A stretch of DNA of 64,000 bases from Thermoplasmata archaeon (GCA_041485285.1 JBGPJF010000001.1:83813-147812), one strand, 5' to 3'. Positions 47,901 through 56,103 are shown, counted from the stretch's first letter. Program-made: numbers and translations. Notes: generated from the sequence alone by a model not told the origin.

Positions 47901-48982
47901 CCCGCGACCTCGAAGGTCGAAGAGAGCATCGCGAGGTCGACGCCGGGGGCGGCCGAAAGCGCGATGGTGGTCGTGGCCACGTTGTTCGCGGTCGAAAGCT
48001 CGACCAGGATCCGGCCCGGGTCCACGACGACCGAGACCTGGTGGCTGCCAGCGGGCAGCACCGCGTGCAGGGCGGCGGCGCCCACGGCAAGCGGGGAGAT
48101 GCTCGGCAGGTCGGCCTGCCCGAGGAAGCGCCCCTGCGAGGGGGAGCCGTCGAAGAAGAAGACGGGGACCGACGTCGCCGTGGCCGAGCTGCCCACGTTC
48201 GTCACATTCACGCGCAGCAGGAGGTCGTCGCCGGCGGTGCCTGAAGCCACGCGGCCGCCGAGGCTGTTGTAGACCTCGACCTCGGTGACGCGCAGGTCGG
48301 GCTGCGGGGCCGTGGAAACGAAAGCCACGCTGACGCTGTCGATCTGCCAGCCGTCGCCGACGAAAGAGTCGGCGCCGCTGAGCACCTGGAAGGCGAGCTT
48401 TGCGCGGGTGCCTGCAAACGCCCCCAGGTCGAAGCTCACGACCTCCCAATTCTCGGAGAAGCCCGCGTAGCCGTTGGCGGTCGCGTAGCCGCCCTCGGGG
48501 GAGACGAGCGTCCAGCCTTGGGAGTCCGACCGCACGAACACGACGGCCGCGTCGTCGCGCGCGTCGAGGTCGTAGCGCTGCGTGATGCGCAGGTGTGCGC
48601 CGGCGGTGGCTTCCGTCAGGTCGACCCAGTTGGTCTCGAGCGTGGAGCGCGAGTCGTTGTGGTAGCGGCCGCCCGCGGCGTAGGGGGTGTCGCTGAGGTG
48701 GAAGGTCGTTGCGTCGTCGACGGGCAGCGTCGGGTCGGCCCACGGGCGCAGGCGCGCTTTCTCGACCCCCCAAGTGGTCGGGAGCTGCCACCGTTCGCCG
48801 TCGAGCACGCCGGTTTCAAAGTCCTCGAAAAACGCCGTCTTCTCCGCGGTGGCAAGCGGCGCGGGGGCGGCGGTGGCCGAAGGCAGGAAGAGGGCGGCCG
48901 ACGGCGCCAAAAGGAGCGCGGCCAGCACGTGGACAAGGGGCTTTCTAAGCGCCCGCTTCCCCCGGCTCCAGAGCATGGCCAT
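44972..48982 (-). CDS. Giant surface protein: jelly-roll N-domain, ~6 CARDB/Ig repeats, TM, Pro-rich tail, two zinc ribbons
   Basis: Signal peptide; repeats PDL.V....V.N.G....VD..n.v.E..E.NN; TM GLYIALIAVAAG; CPKC..CPNC and CPQC..CPNC. Confidence 0.9.
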   Translation of the reverse strand: MAMLWSRGKRALRKPLVHVLAALLLAPSAALFLPSATAAPAPLATAEKTAFFEDFETGVLDGERWQLPTTWGVEKARLRPWADPTLPVDDATTFHLSDTPYAAGGRYHNDSRSTLETNWVDLTEATAGAHLRITQRYDLDARDDAAVVFVRSDSQGWTLVSPEGGYATANGYAGFSENWEVVSFDLGAFAGTRAKLAFQVLSGADSFVGDGWQIDSVSVAFVSTAPQPDLRVTEVEVYNSLGGRVASGTAGDDLLLRVNVTNVGSSATATSVPVFFFDGSPSQGRFLGQADLPSISPLAVGAAALHAVLPAGSHQVSVVVDPGRILVELSTANNVATTTIALSAAPGVDLAMLSSTFEVAGLRTDGARPGQIVRANMTIANVGLTDRIGAFTFGVYLEGSGAPAKLAEDTRSLLAAGESRSLYVNFSAIAGNLSLIMVVDQGNLVNESNENNNEVRLNFTVTDSPPSDLIVPGVSITFQNNPTNEVSLGQLLVIRASVRNIGTQAVEGAFTMGVFLGDPDAGGELLWTRTVPGGLAPNSTAEVRGTWAAEVGQRTLYAYADFGHEVFEADDQNNKNYASVHVQGDLRANLAMQSVRFTVLGERVNETQAGAPVVVEVTFRNTGVNTTLAGEVAISHVNPWVTPLAPNIVKKPLPDSLVRNTDAVVSFPWVAEPGTVLFYVTLDVGRSTDEFDEFDNQAVKALGVRPESPDLSVGAVSVKSAGVETTALYPQLNVTVSAEVTNGGTANVDRPFVFELFAGDPDALDHVKLAERNVSAPFAAGDTIKLQVQWFVSLPAAGAAQIFAVADRAGAVVEADRANNVAVKDITYITTQTPNLLVERFEVLRGNQVVTSATAGEALKFEITVKNDSPAPYLGGAVLEVRNGALARFSATLPRMEPGQTVSFTGNWTAETGAHLTAVVDSLNAVDESAEADNTMAATVNVAAVVTTPWGLYIALIAVAAGAGVAAVVVVRRRRAKEPAPVDLAAAPLPPAPAPPVQATVAAPPPRSAAPAAQPRPAPPAGWRPPPRPQGAPPQGPPFAGRPPPRSAPPAGARPPPPGQRGPPPPGQRGPPPPGQRGPPPPGQRGPPPPGQRGPPPPGQGGPPPPGQGGPPPPGWRPPPQGGRSPPPPGARPPPGARGPPPPGWRPPPQGTRPPPGARPPPGARGPPPPGWRPPPQGTRSAPPLAPAAELTAAAPAAAPPSPSLSCPKCASPVEAEWVLCPNCSADLRAPGEAAPPPASAESAAPPAAPVEPTPAVVAPPEPASAPAPPAELAAAPAPPAELAAAPAPPAELAAAPAPPAELATAPAPAKCPQCSEPTEAGWAVCPNCGTTLAPP
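45061..45188. repeat. 30-bp coding tandem repeat x4 (ELAAAPAPPA)
   Basis: Unit CGGGGGCGGCTGCGAGTTCGGCRGGCGGTG at 45061, 45091, 45121, 45151. Confidence 0.9.
45447..45608. repeat. 81-bp coding duplication (PPPGARPPPGARGPPPPGWRPPPQGT)
   Basis: Units start GTGCCTTGCGGAGG at 45447 and 45528. Confidence 0.85.
45639..45821. repeat. 24-bp coding tandem repeat, 6 full + 2 partial copies (PPPPGQ[R/G]G)
   Basis: Unit GGCCCGGAGGCGGCGGRCCYCSTT from 45661 to 45804, with partial flanking copies. Confidence 0.92.
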
Positions 48983-49203
48983 CCAGGACGTCGCGCGACG
49001 GGTTCTCCGGTATTAACGGTTCCCTGCCAGTGGCCCCAAAACCAACGCCGCGGCGCGCGAAGAAGGCGTCTTGCGTCCCCTCGCGGAAACGCTTAAATTC
49101 AAACCCCTTGCTGGAGGAGCGCCCGGCGCACGAACGCGTCCGACCGTCCGAGCAAGTCATCAAGCCTGGACAAGGCGAACCCGGGCCATAAGGAAGGACT
49201 CCC

Positions 49204-49542
49204 GTGACCACCCCCGAAGGCAAGCCCAGCAACCTGACCGACGCGACTTTTGACGAGTTTGTGTCGAAATACGACGTCACCATCATCGACTGCTGGGCGC
49301 CCTGGTGCGGGCCGTGCCGGATGCTCTCGCCGATTATCGAGGAGATTGCGCGCGAGATGAAGGAGAAGGTCGGCGTGGGCAAGCTGAACACGGACGACAA
49401 CCACGGCATCCCCCAGCGCTACCAGATCATGAGCATCCCGACGACCCTGATCTTCAAGAAGGGCAAGCTCGAAGAGAAGATCGTGGGCGCGGTGCCCAAG
49501 AAGACGCTGGTGGGCCGGATCCAGGGCCTCAGCGTGGCGTGA
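49204..49542 (+). CDS. trxA: Thioredoxin
   Basis: WAPWCGPC, IMSIPT, VGAVPK. Confidence 0.97.
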   Translation: MTTPEGKPSNLTDATFDEFVSKYDVTIIDCWAPWCGPCRMLSPIIEEIAREMKEKVGVGKLNTDDNHGIPQRYQIMSIPTTLIFKKGKLEEKIVGAVPKKTLVGRIQGLSVA

Positions 49543-49585
49543 GTGGGGCGCCCGTCTGGGGCGCGGCCAGTAGGGGGACGCGGGC

Positions 49586-51187
49586 GTGGCCACGGCGTCC
49601 CTTTTGGTCGAAGAGATTGCCCGCCAGGTGAGCGCGGGCAAGATCCGCGGCAAGGCGGACCTCAACCGGGCGAAGGCGGACTTCTGCAAGGCCAACGGGA
49701 TGGGCGCGGTGCCGGCCGATGCCGACCTGCTTGCCGCTGCCCAGGCGGCCGACCCGAGCCTTGCGGCGCGGCTGACGCCGTGGCTGCGCACGAAGTCGAT
49801 GCGCACGCTCTCGGGGGTGGCGGTGGTGGCGGTGATGACAAGCCCCGCGCACTGCCCGCACGGCCGGTGCACCTTCTGCCCGGGCGGCGTGGAGGCGGGC
49901 TCGCCGCAGGCGTACACGGGGTTCGAGCCTGCGGCGCTGCGCGGCGCGCGGGCCAATTTCGACTCGGGCGAGCAGGTGAAAGGGCGCATCGCGCAACTTG
50001 CGGCGACCGGCCACCGCACGGACAAAATCGACCTCATTGTGATGGGCGGGACGTTCACCGCGCGCGAGGGCGACTACCAGGAGCGGTTCGTGAAGGGCGC
50101 GCTCGAGGCGATGAACGGCGCGCCGTCGGCGACGCTGGAGGAAGCGGCACGCGCCAACGAATCGGCCGCGTCGCGCTGCATCGGGCTCACCGTGGAGACG
50201 AAGCCGGACTGGTGCGGGCCCGGCCATGTCCGCCGGATGCTCGACTACGGCACGACGCGCGTGGAGATCGGCGCGCAGTGCTTCGACGAGGCCGTGCTCG
50301 AGCGCGTGCACCGCGGCCACACGGTTGCCGACACGGTCCAAGCGACGCGCACAGCGAAGGACGCGGGGCTCAAGATTTGTTATCACGTGATGCCGGGGCT
50401 GCCCGGGATGACGGAGGAGAAAGACATCGAAGGGTTCCACCGGATGTTCGACGACCCCGCATTCCGCCCGGACCAGCTCAAGGTGTACCCGACGCTCGTC
50501 CTTCCCCAGACCGGCATTTACGCGGAGTGGCAGCGCGGCCAGTTCGAGCCCTACGGCGACGAAGCGGCCACACGCGTGGTCGCATCCCTGAAGGAGATCG
50601 TTCCCCCCTACTGCCGGATCCAACGCGTCGACCGCGACATTCCATCCCCGATGATCGCCGCAGGCGTCAAGAGCTCGAACCTGCGGCAGCTTGCCATTGC
50701 GGAACTGCGACGCCGCGGCAAGCAGTGCCAATGCATCCGGTGCCGCGAGGCAGGCCACCGGTCGAACAAGGGCGAGGAAGTTGACCTGAACGGCAACCTG
50801 GAGATGCGACGCCACGAATACGATTCGTCCGGCGGCCGCGAACTCTTCCTGGAATTCGTTGACCGCGCCGGCGCGCTTCATGCCTTCGCGCGCGGCCGGC
50901 TTGCGGGCGCCGACGGCGCGGCCGGCTCGAAGGCCGGCGACGCCTTCCTGCGCGAGCTGCGCGTCGTGGGGCGCGTGGCGGAGCTGGCCGGCGACGAGGC
51001 GGGCGACGAGGCGAAGTTCCAGCACCGCGGGCTCGGCGCGAAACTCATGGAGGAGGTTGAGCGCACCGCGTTCGACGAATGGGGGGCTCCTACGCTGCGG
51101 GTCACCGCGGGTGTCGGGGTGCGTGGATACTACCGCGGTCTCGGGTACGAGCTTGAGGCACCGTACATGGTCAGGCTTCAGTTCTGA
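49586..51187 (+). CDS. elp3: Archaeal Elp3 tRNA U34 carboxymethyltransferase (radical SAM + KAT)
   Basis: CPHGRCTFCPGG, MGGTF, ETKPD, LKVYPT, RELRVVG, FQHRGLG, GVRGYYRGLGY. Confidence 0.96.
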   Translation: MATASLLVEEIARQVSAGKIRGKADLNRAKADFCKANGMGAVPADADLLAAAQAADPSLAARLTPWLRTKSMRTLSGVAVVAVMTSPAHCPHGRCTFCPGGVEAGSPQAYTGFEPAALRGARANFDSGEQVKGRIAQLAATGHRTDKIDLIVMGGTFTAREGDYQERFVKGALEAMNGAPSATLEEAARANESAASRCIGLTVETKPDWCGPGHVRRMLDYGTTRVEIGAQCFDEAVLERVHRGHTVADTVQATRTAKDAGLKICYHVMPGLPGMTEEKDIEGFHRMFDDPAFRPDQLKVYPTLVLPQTGIYAEWQRGQFEPYGDEAATRVVASLKEIVPPYCRIQRVDRDIPSPMIAAGVKSSNLRQLAIAELRRRGKQCQCIRCREAGHRSNKGEEVDLNGNLEMRRHEYDSSGGRELFLEFVDRAGALHAFARGRLAGADGAAGSKAGDAFLRELRVVGRVAELAGDEAGDEAKFQHRGLGAKLMEEVERTAFDEWGAPTLRVTAGVGVRGYYRGLGYELEAPYMVRLQF

Positions 51188-51417
51188 CAGCGCGTGGGAC
51201 GGCCCGCGCCAATCGATCGATGGCGCGCCGACCTCAACGCAACATGGGTCAACCCAAACAAACTGCCTCCGGCCATGGCAAGGGCCGGGGCACCGACCCG
51301 GGGCTCGAGCATCACGCAGGTGATGCCAGCAGTGCTGGCGGAAGCCACGCCCCCCCGCCCAATGACGGCACCCTGACTGGATGCGGCGCCGGGGAGCTCG
51401 GCAAAGGGCAATTGAGA

Positions 51418-52041
51418 CTACAGCCTAGTGCGCTTGGCTCTCTTTCCCTTTGGCGGAGCCCGGTCCCCTCGGCCCTTTCCAAGGGTGGCTACGACATCTA
51501 GCTCGATCACGCGATAGACCGTGGGGGAAAGAACGGATCGAATGGGTGCTGTTTTCGCCACTGAGATTACCCGGGCCTTGACAGGCGCGAGTGTTCTGTC
51601 CGGGTAGATCAGCATCGCCATCAGAATCCCCACCCCACCAGCATAAGAGCCGTCCTGAATGCTAAGCCCATCGAACAGGCCGGATGTCGCGTCGACGACA
51701 ACCGGAACGCCACAATCCAGAACCATGGCTGCTACAGGATGGGGAAAAGGCAGGCTATTGAGTCGCTTTCGACCGAGGGCTCGCGGCCTACCCACAGGCA
51801 CCGCTCCGATAATCTCACCTTCGAAGGAATAAATTGGCGAGCCGGGAATTGCCTGCGATAAACCGCGTCGGCCATCGCCTTCGCCGGGGCCGTTCGTCCA
51901 TGCCGCAACAAGCCCGCCCAAAGAGAGGCTGGCGACTACAGTCGAGCCGGGCGCCAAAGGGTTGGAGCGCCCATCCACAATCGGCGCCGTCGCTACTAGC
52001 TCCCTCCATTGTCCGTCCGACACAAAACCGAATACGCGCAT
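51418..52041 (-). CDS. Hypothetical beta-rich protein (lower GC)
   Basis: 207-aa ORF starting 5 nt after the upstream stop; atypical codon usage. Confidence 0.6.
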   Translation of the reverse strand: MRVFGFVSDGQWRELVATAPIVDGRSNPLAPGSTVVASLSLGGLVAAWTNGPGEGDGRRGLSQAIPGSPIYSFEGEIIGAVPVGRPRALGRKRLNSLPFPHPVAAMVLDCGVPVVVDATSGLFDGLSIQDGSYAGGVGILMAMLIYPDRTLAPVKARVISVAKTAPIRSVLSPTVYRVIELDVVATLGKGRGDRAPPKGKRAKRTRL

Positions 52042-52046
52042 GGCCC

Positions 52047-52442
52047 TCACCCAATAACGAAGTAGGCAGTCTTGACGAAAAACCTGCTCCCCCACTGATG
52101 AACGACGACCTCTAGGGGCTCCTCAATCCCCTCGAAGGTAATCTGATAGAAGTGAGCCACGTAACCGCCCCGGAATTGCCTCTGTGCGGTGCCTTTGGTG
52201 ATCGCCCCCTTGATGTGGTCCCAAATTCGCCGGTAGCCCACGGGATCCTTCCAATTGACGCCCCAAGCTGCGGGAATTCGGCGAGGCGCGAGACCCGGTT
52301 GAGTCACATTTTGCCCCGCCGAGGGCGTTCGCGCTTGGCTCGGGCGCGACGGGCGCGGCCCTTCCCGCGGCACCGGCGCCGACAACAACTGGCTGCCGAG
52401 TATCGGTTTGAGCCGCCGTACGTGGTGGAGGTGCGCCGCCAT
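52047..52442 (-). CDS. Hypothetical small protein, possibly a BECR-like ribonuclease toxin
   Basis: WDHIKGAI..YQITF..LEVVV..FVKTAYF pattern. Start ATG 52442 or GTG 52307. Confidence 0.5.
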   Translation of the reverse strand: MAAHLHHVRRLKPILGSQLLSAPVPREGPRPSRPSQARTPSAGQNVTQPGLAPRRIPAAWGVNWKDPVGYRRIWDHIKGAITKGTAQRQFRGGYVAHFYQITFEGIEEPLEVVVHQWGSRFFVKTAYFVIG

Positions 52443-52463
52443 TGAGCCGTCTCCGCTCCTCCC

Positions 52464-53165
52464 TCACGGCGCCGCCAGGATCTTCTCGACGATCCCCGGG
52501 ATTTCGTTCCAACTCGTCCCCCAGAAGATCTTGTCGTGGTCGTAGCGCTGCTCCAAGTCGCGGATCATCCCTTCGAAAAACGCCACGGAATCGTGGTTGC
52601 TCGACAGCGCCTTCGACTGCGGCATCGCCTGCTTCAGGTAGATCACCGGCAGGTCGCAGTTCTTGGCGAGCATCACGTCCCGCGGAGCGTTGCCCACGAC
52701 GATCGCGCGCGACCTGCCCGCGCGCCGCAGCACTTCGAAGACGACCTTCGGGTTCGGCTTCTCCCACGGGAGGCTGTCGGACCCCACGATGAGCTGCGGC
52801 TCGAACATGCCGTCCATCTTGTTCAGCTTCAGGATCTCGAGCGCCCGCTTCGACAGGTTGAGGGTCGCGATCGAGAACTTCACGCCGCGCTTGCGCAAGC
52901 CGCCGATCGCCTCGGCCGCGTGGGGCATGATGTGCAGGTCGGCGCTGCGGACGATTTCGTCCATCCGCTTCTCCATCATTTGCCGCGTCTTCTGGTCCAG
53001 GCCGATGTCCGCCATGATCCCCGCGAAGTCGCGGCCGGTGATGAGGCCCTCCATGACCTTCGTGATCCGGTCCTCGAGGTGGAACTCGCGGAAAATTTGC
53101 ACGAAGGCGCGGTGGTTCAGGTCCTCGGAGTCTACAAGCGTCCCGTCGAGGTCGACGAGCATCAC
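52464..53165 (-). CDS. HAD-superfamily hydrolase/phosphatase
   Basis: DLDGT, SIAT, EKPNP, VGNAPRD. Start may extend to CTG 53258. Confidence 0.9.
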   Translation of the reverse strand: MMLVDLDGTLVDSEDLNHRAFVQIFREFHLEDRITKVMEGLITGRDFAGIMADIGLDQKTRQMMEKRMDEIVRSADLHIMPHAAEAIGGLRKRGVKFSIATLNLSKRALEILKLNKMDGMFEPQLIVGSDSLPWEKPNPKVVFEVLRRAGRSRAIVVGNAPRDVMLAKNCDLPVIYLKQAMPQSKALSSNHDSVAFFEGMIRDLEQRYDHDKIFWGTSWNEIPGIVEKILAAP

Positions 53166-53254
53166 AAGCGACTCGTACGCGGGGGCCGCCTTGCGCTCCG
53201 CCGCGCGCTTTGCCGCGGCCGTTTGGCCCTGGGGGGCGCCCTTGGGGCGCGACT

Positions 53255-53953
53255 TCAGTCAATCACCTCGCCCATGATGCGGATCCCGGTCGGCGTCACA
53301 TCCAGGATGAACGGCCGCATCTCGTGGCGCGAGGCCCGCATCTTGCGGACTGTCATGAAGCGTTTGAAGTCGTTGTTGTGGCGCATGACGCCAAGCTCGA
53401 TGATGCCGTCGACGAGGAAGTACTCCGGCCGGTCGTCGACCTGCGTGGTCTCGATGAGCGCGATCGTCGTGACCTTCTTCGAGCGCAGCTGGAAGAAGAA
53501 GTCCTGCAGCACCCGGCGGGTCTGCCGGCTGTCCATCGGCAGCGCGGCCTCGAGCGCGTTCAGCGAATCGAGCACGAGGAAGTCGTAGGGCTTGCCGCCC
53601 ACCTCGTCGCCCTGCGCGCGCTTCAGCATCAGCGAGAGGTAGTCCTCCTCGCGAAGCACGCCCCCGCCGAGCCCCTGCATCTCGGCGCGGAAGGACGCGA
53701 CATCCGAGATCTGGATGCGCGGGTGCACCTTGAACCCAAGGCTTGCGAGGTTTGCAAGGTGCCCGTCCTTCGTCTCTTCGAGCGTGACGTAGATCGCGCG
53801 CTCTTCCGGGTGCTTGTCGAGCCGCGCCGACAGGATCGCATACGCGAGTGCGGACTTCAGCGTGCCCGCCCCACCCACCAGCGTGACAATCGACCCGGCC
53901 GGCGGGTCCGTGTGGAAGACCAGATCCATTCCAGGCAGCGTGTTGCGGAACAT
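53255..53953 (-). CDS. Single-domain KaiC/RAD55-like ATPase
   Basis: GGAGTLKS, YVTLEE, LVLDSL, LVDGIIEL, RKMR. TAATG-coupled to the upstream gene. Confidence 0.9.
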   Translation of the reverse strand: MFRNTLPGMDLVFHTDPPAGSIVTLVGGAGTLKSALAYAILSARLDKHPEERAIYVTLEETKDGHLANLASLGFKVHPRIQISDVASFRAEMQGLGGGVLREEDYLSLMLKRAQGDEVGGKPYDFLVLDSLNALEAALPMDSRQTRRVLQDFFFQLRSKKVTTIALIETTQVDDRPEYFLVDGIIELGVMRHNNDFKRFMTVRKMRASRHEMRPFILDVTPTGIRIMGEVID

Positions 53954-54378
53954 TACTTGGCCCCCTGTCCGATTTCCCCGAGCTTCTTTGCAAAGTCCTG
54001 CGAGCGCGCGCCCGGGCTCATGAGGTCCACGGGCTTGGCGAGCGCCTCGATGAACGAGGAGGTGATGTCGGAGGGGCGCAGCGCCTCGGGCATGACGCCG
54101 TTCTCCGCGCACTTCTGCGAGAAGAGGCGCACGGCGAGCTCCTCTGGAAAAAACATCAGGAGTTCGGCGAGCACCTGGTCGGCGACGGGATTGCGCTTGA
54201 TGAGCCGGGTCGTGCCGGGCGCCGGGCCGTCGCGTCGCGCGTCGCGCGACAGCTTCTCGGAGATCGCTTCGGACACAATCGTGCGCACCGACTGGTCGGT
54301 GTCGAGCGAGTACTGCTTGAGTTTCTTAAACAAATCGATCTCCAGGTCGATCGTCGTTTTCTTGACGGCTCGACTCAA
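53953..54378 (-). CDS. RHH DNA-binding domain + helical C-terminal domain protein
   Basis: KKTTIDLEIDLFKKLKQYSL..SVRTIVSEAISEKL is a typical ribbon-helix-helix pattern. Confidence 0.75.
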   Translation of the reverse strand: MSRAVKKTTIDLEIDLFKKLKQYSLDTDQSVRTIVSEAISEKLSRDARRDGPAPGTTRLIKRNPVADQVLAELLMFFPEELAVRLFSQKCAENGVMPEALRPSDITSSFIEALAKPVDLMSPGARSQDFAKKLGEIGQGAK

Positions 54379-54519
54379 GCGTTTGTGACCCCCGGGGGTA
54401 TGGGGGCGGGGTGATAAATATTACATGGGGCGCCAGGGGCCCTGAAACGGGAGCTGCTGGAGCCTCTCGTGGGCGCAATTATCTTTTGAGGGCCGCCGCT
54501 CCCTGTATGGGGAGCGCAT

Positions 54520-55383
54520 TTGGGGGGCACGGTGGAACTGCACCTCGACCAAGACGCGTGGTTTCCTGGCGAGATTGTTACGGGGCTGATGCTGCTGCAG
54601 TTCACGAGGCGGACGAAGGTGACGGAGTTTGATGCGTGGCTGTACGGGCACGAGAACGCGATGGTGACGGTGCGGCACGGGAAGACCAGCACGACCTACC
54701 GCGAGTCGCGGCCGATCGTGCAGGCCCCGCTGGTCGCGCTGGAGACGCGCAGCGCGCTTTTTTGGCCGGGCGCATACGATGCGGGGACCTACACGCTGCC
54801 CTTCGAGGCGCCGCTGCCGTATGGGGCGCCACCTTCGTTCTCGAAGACGCGGTATGGGTTTGCCGCGGAGTCGGTGTACAACGTGCATGCAAGCGTCGCC
54901 GTCCCGTGGGCTTCGGACCCCCACGCTAGCGAGACCCTTGCGGTAGTAGTGCCGGCTTCCGCGCCGACGAGCGGGCCGGCGCTAGCCGCGAAGCCCGCGA
55001 GTTTTTTCACAGGCGGGACCTCCATCGAAATGCAGGTCGACACGCAGGATGCGCCGCGCGGTGGGATGATCACGGGGACGGTTTGCGTGTCGACCACCGG
55101 CACCAAGCGGCTGCGAGGGGTCACGGTGCGGCTTATGGAGATGGGTTTTGCAACCGCCCGCGGTCATCAAAGCTCGCAAACGGGCGCGCCCTTGGCGGAG
55201 CACTACTTCGGTCCGGGGGAAGCTGCCTTCGGCGCGTGGCTGCCTTTCCAACTGCCTGTGCCGCCGACGGCCACGCCGGCGTACGAGGGGCAGATCGTCG
55301 CACTGCGCCACTCGATCAAGGCGGAGGCGGACCTGGCGCTTGCGCTGGATCCGTCGGTGACCTCGCCCTTCAGGGTCACCTGA
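54520..55383 (+). CDS. Two-domain arrestin-fold protein (alpha-arrestin/SpoOM-like)
   Basis: PGEIVTG, GTYTLPFEAPLP..PPSF..VYNVHASVAVPW, then a second sandwich GGMITGTV..VTVRL..FQLPVPPTATPAYEG. Confidence 0.75.
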   Translation: MGGTVELHLDQDAWFPGEIVTGLMLLQFTRRTKVTEFDAWLYGHENAMVTVRHGKTSTTYRESRPIVQAPLVALETRSALFWPGAYDAGTYTLPFEAPLPYGAPPSFSKTRYGFAAESVYNVHASVAVPWASDPHASETLAVVVPASAPTSGPALAAKPASFFTGGTSIEMQVDTQDAPRGGMITGTVCVSTTGTKRLRGVTVRLMEMGFATARGHQSSQTGAPLAEHYFGPGEAAFGAWLPFQLPVPPTATPAYEGQIVALRHSIKAEADLALALDPSVTSPFRVT

Positions 55384-55394
55384 GCGCGCGCGGG

Positions 55395-56087
55395 TCAGAC
55401 ACCGACGTGTGCGCAGTCGGCGGCGAGCGGGCAGCTGCTGCATCGTGGCCTCCCCGTGCAGTGCGTCTTGCACAAGCCTACGATTGCGCTGTGAAGCGCC
55501 TGCGCGTCGTGGACGCCAGCGCCGCCCGCTGCGCGCCAAGCGGCGGAGACGTCGCCGTAGGATGGCCGCCCGCTTTCGGGCACCGCGCCGAACCGCCGCA
55601 TCAACCGCACGGTGTATGCGTCAACGACGAACGTCGGCCGCCCCGCGGCGTACAGCAGAATCGCGTCGGCCGTTTCGTCGCCCACGCCGCGCCACGACAG
55701 GAACTCGCCGCGCATCGCGCCGTCGGGGAGCTCGAGGACTTTGTCCATCTGCCCGTCAAACGCCGCGCAGATCCGACTCGCGATGGCGCGGAGTGCTTTC
55801 GCCTTCTGCCCATAGAATCCGGCCGTGCGCACGCACGCCTCGACCTTGGTCGCAGGGGCCGCGGCAAGGGCTCGCGGCGTGAGCAACTTCGCCGCGCGCA
55901 GGTTGTCCATCGCGCGCTGCGCACCCTCCCAGCGGGCGCGCTGGGTCAGGACCGCCGAGACCGCGACCTCAAAGGGGTCGTCGTAGGGCCACCACCGGCC
56001 CTCGGGCGCAAGGCGGCGCAAGGCGGCGGCCAGCGCTCTTAGCCTCGCGCCGTCAATCCCGGAATCCTCTTCTACTCTTTTCCCCAT
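55395..56087 (-). CDS. Endonuclease III-related HhH-GPD glycosylase with Fe-S cluster
   Basis: AVLTQRARW, AGFYGQKA, GVGDETADAILLYA, VVDAY, CKTHC..PRCSSCPL. Confidence 0.9.
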   Translation of the reverse strand: MGKRVEEDSGIDGARLRALAAALRRLAPEGRWWPYDDPFEVAVSAVLTQRARWEGAQRAMDNLRAAKLLTPRALAAAPATKVEACVRTAGFYGQKAKALRAIASRICAAFDGQMDKVLELPDGAMRGEFLSWRGVGDETADAILLYAAGRPTFVVDAYTVRLMRRFGAVPESGRPSYGDVSAAWRAAGGAGVHDAQALHSAIVGLCKTHCTGRPRCSSCPLAADCAHVGV

Positions 56088-56103
56088 CGCAAGGCCGATC
56101 GAC

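Noticed and set aside
49108-49191. 27-codon uORF before trxA
   Set aside because: The TTG is only about 15 nt after the TTAAAT box, so it is probably upstream of the TSS, and the peptide has no recognisable features.
51220-51501. 93-aa plus-strand ORF after elp3
   Set aside because: Low-complexity sequence that overlaps the minus-strand gene and has no SD or motif.
53255-53953. Circadian KaiC clock
   Set aside because: Single ATPase domain, no phosphosite Ser/Thr, and no kaiA/kaiB.
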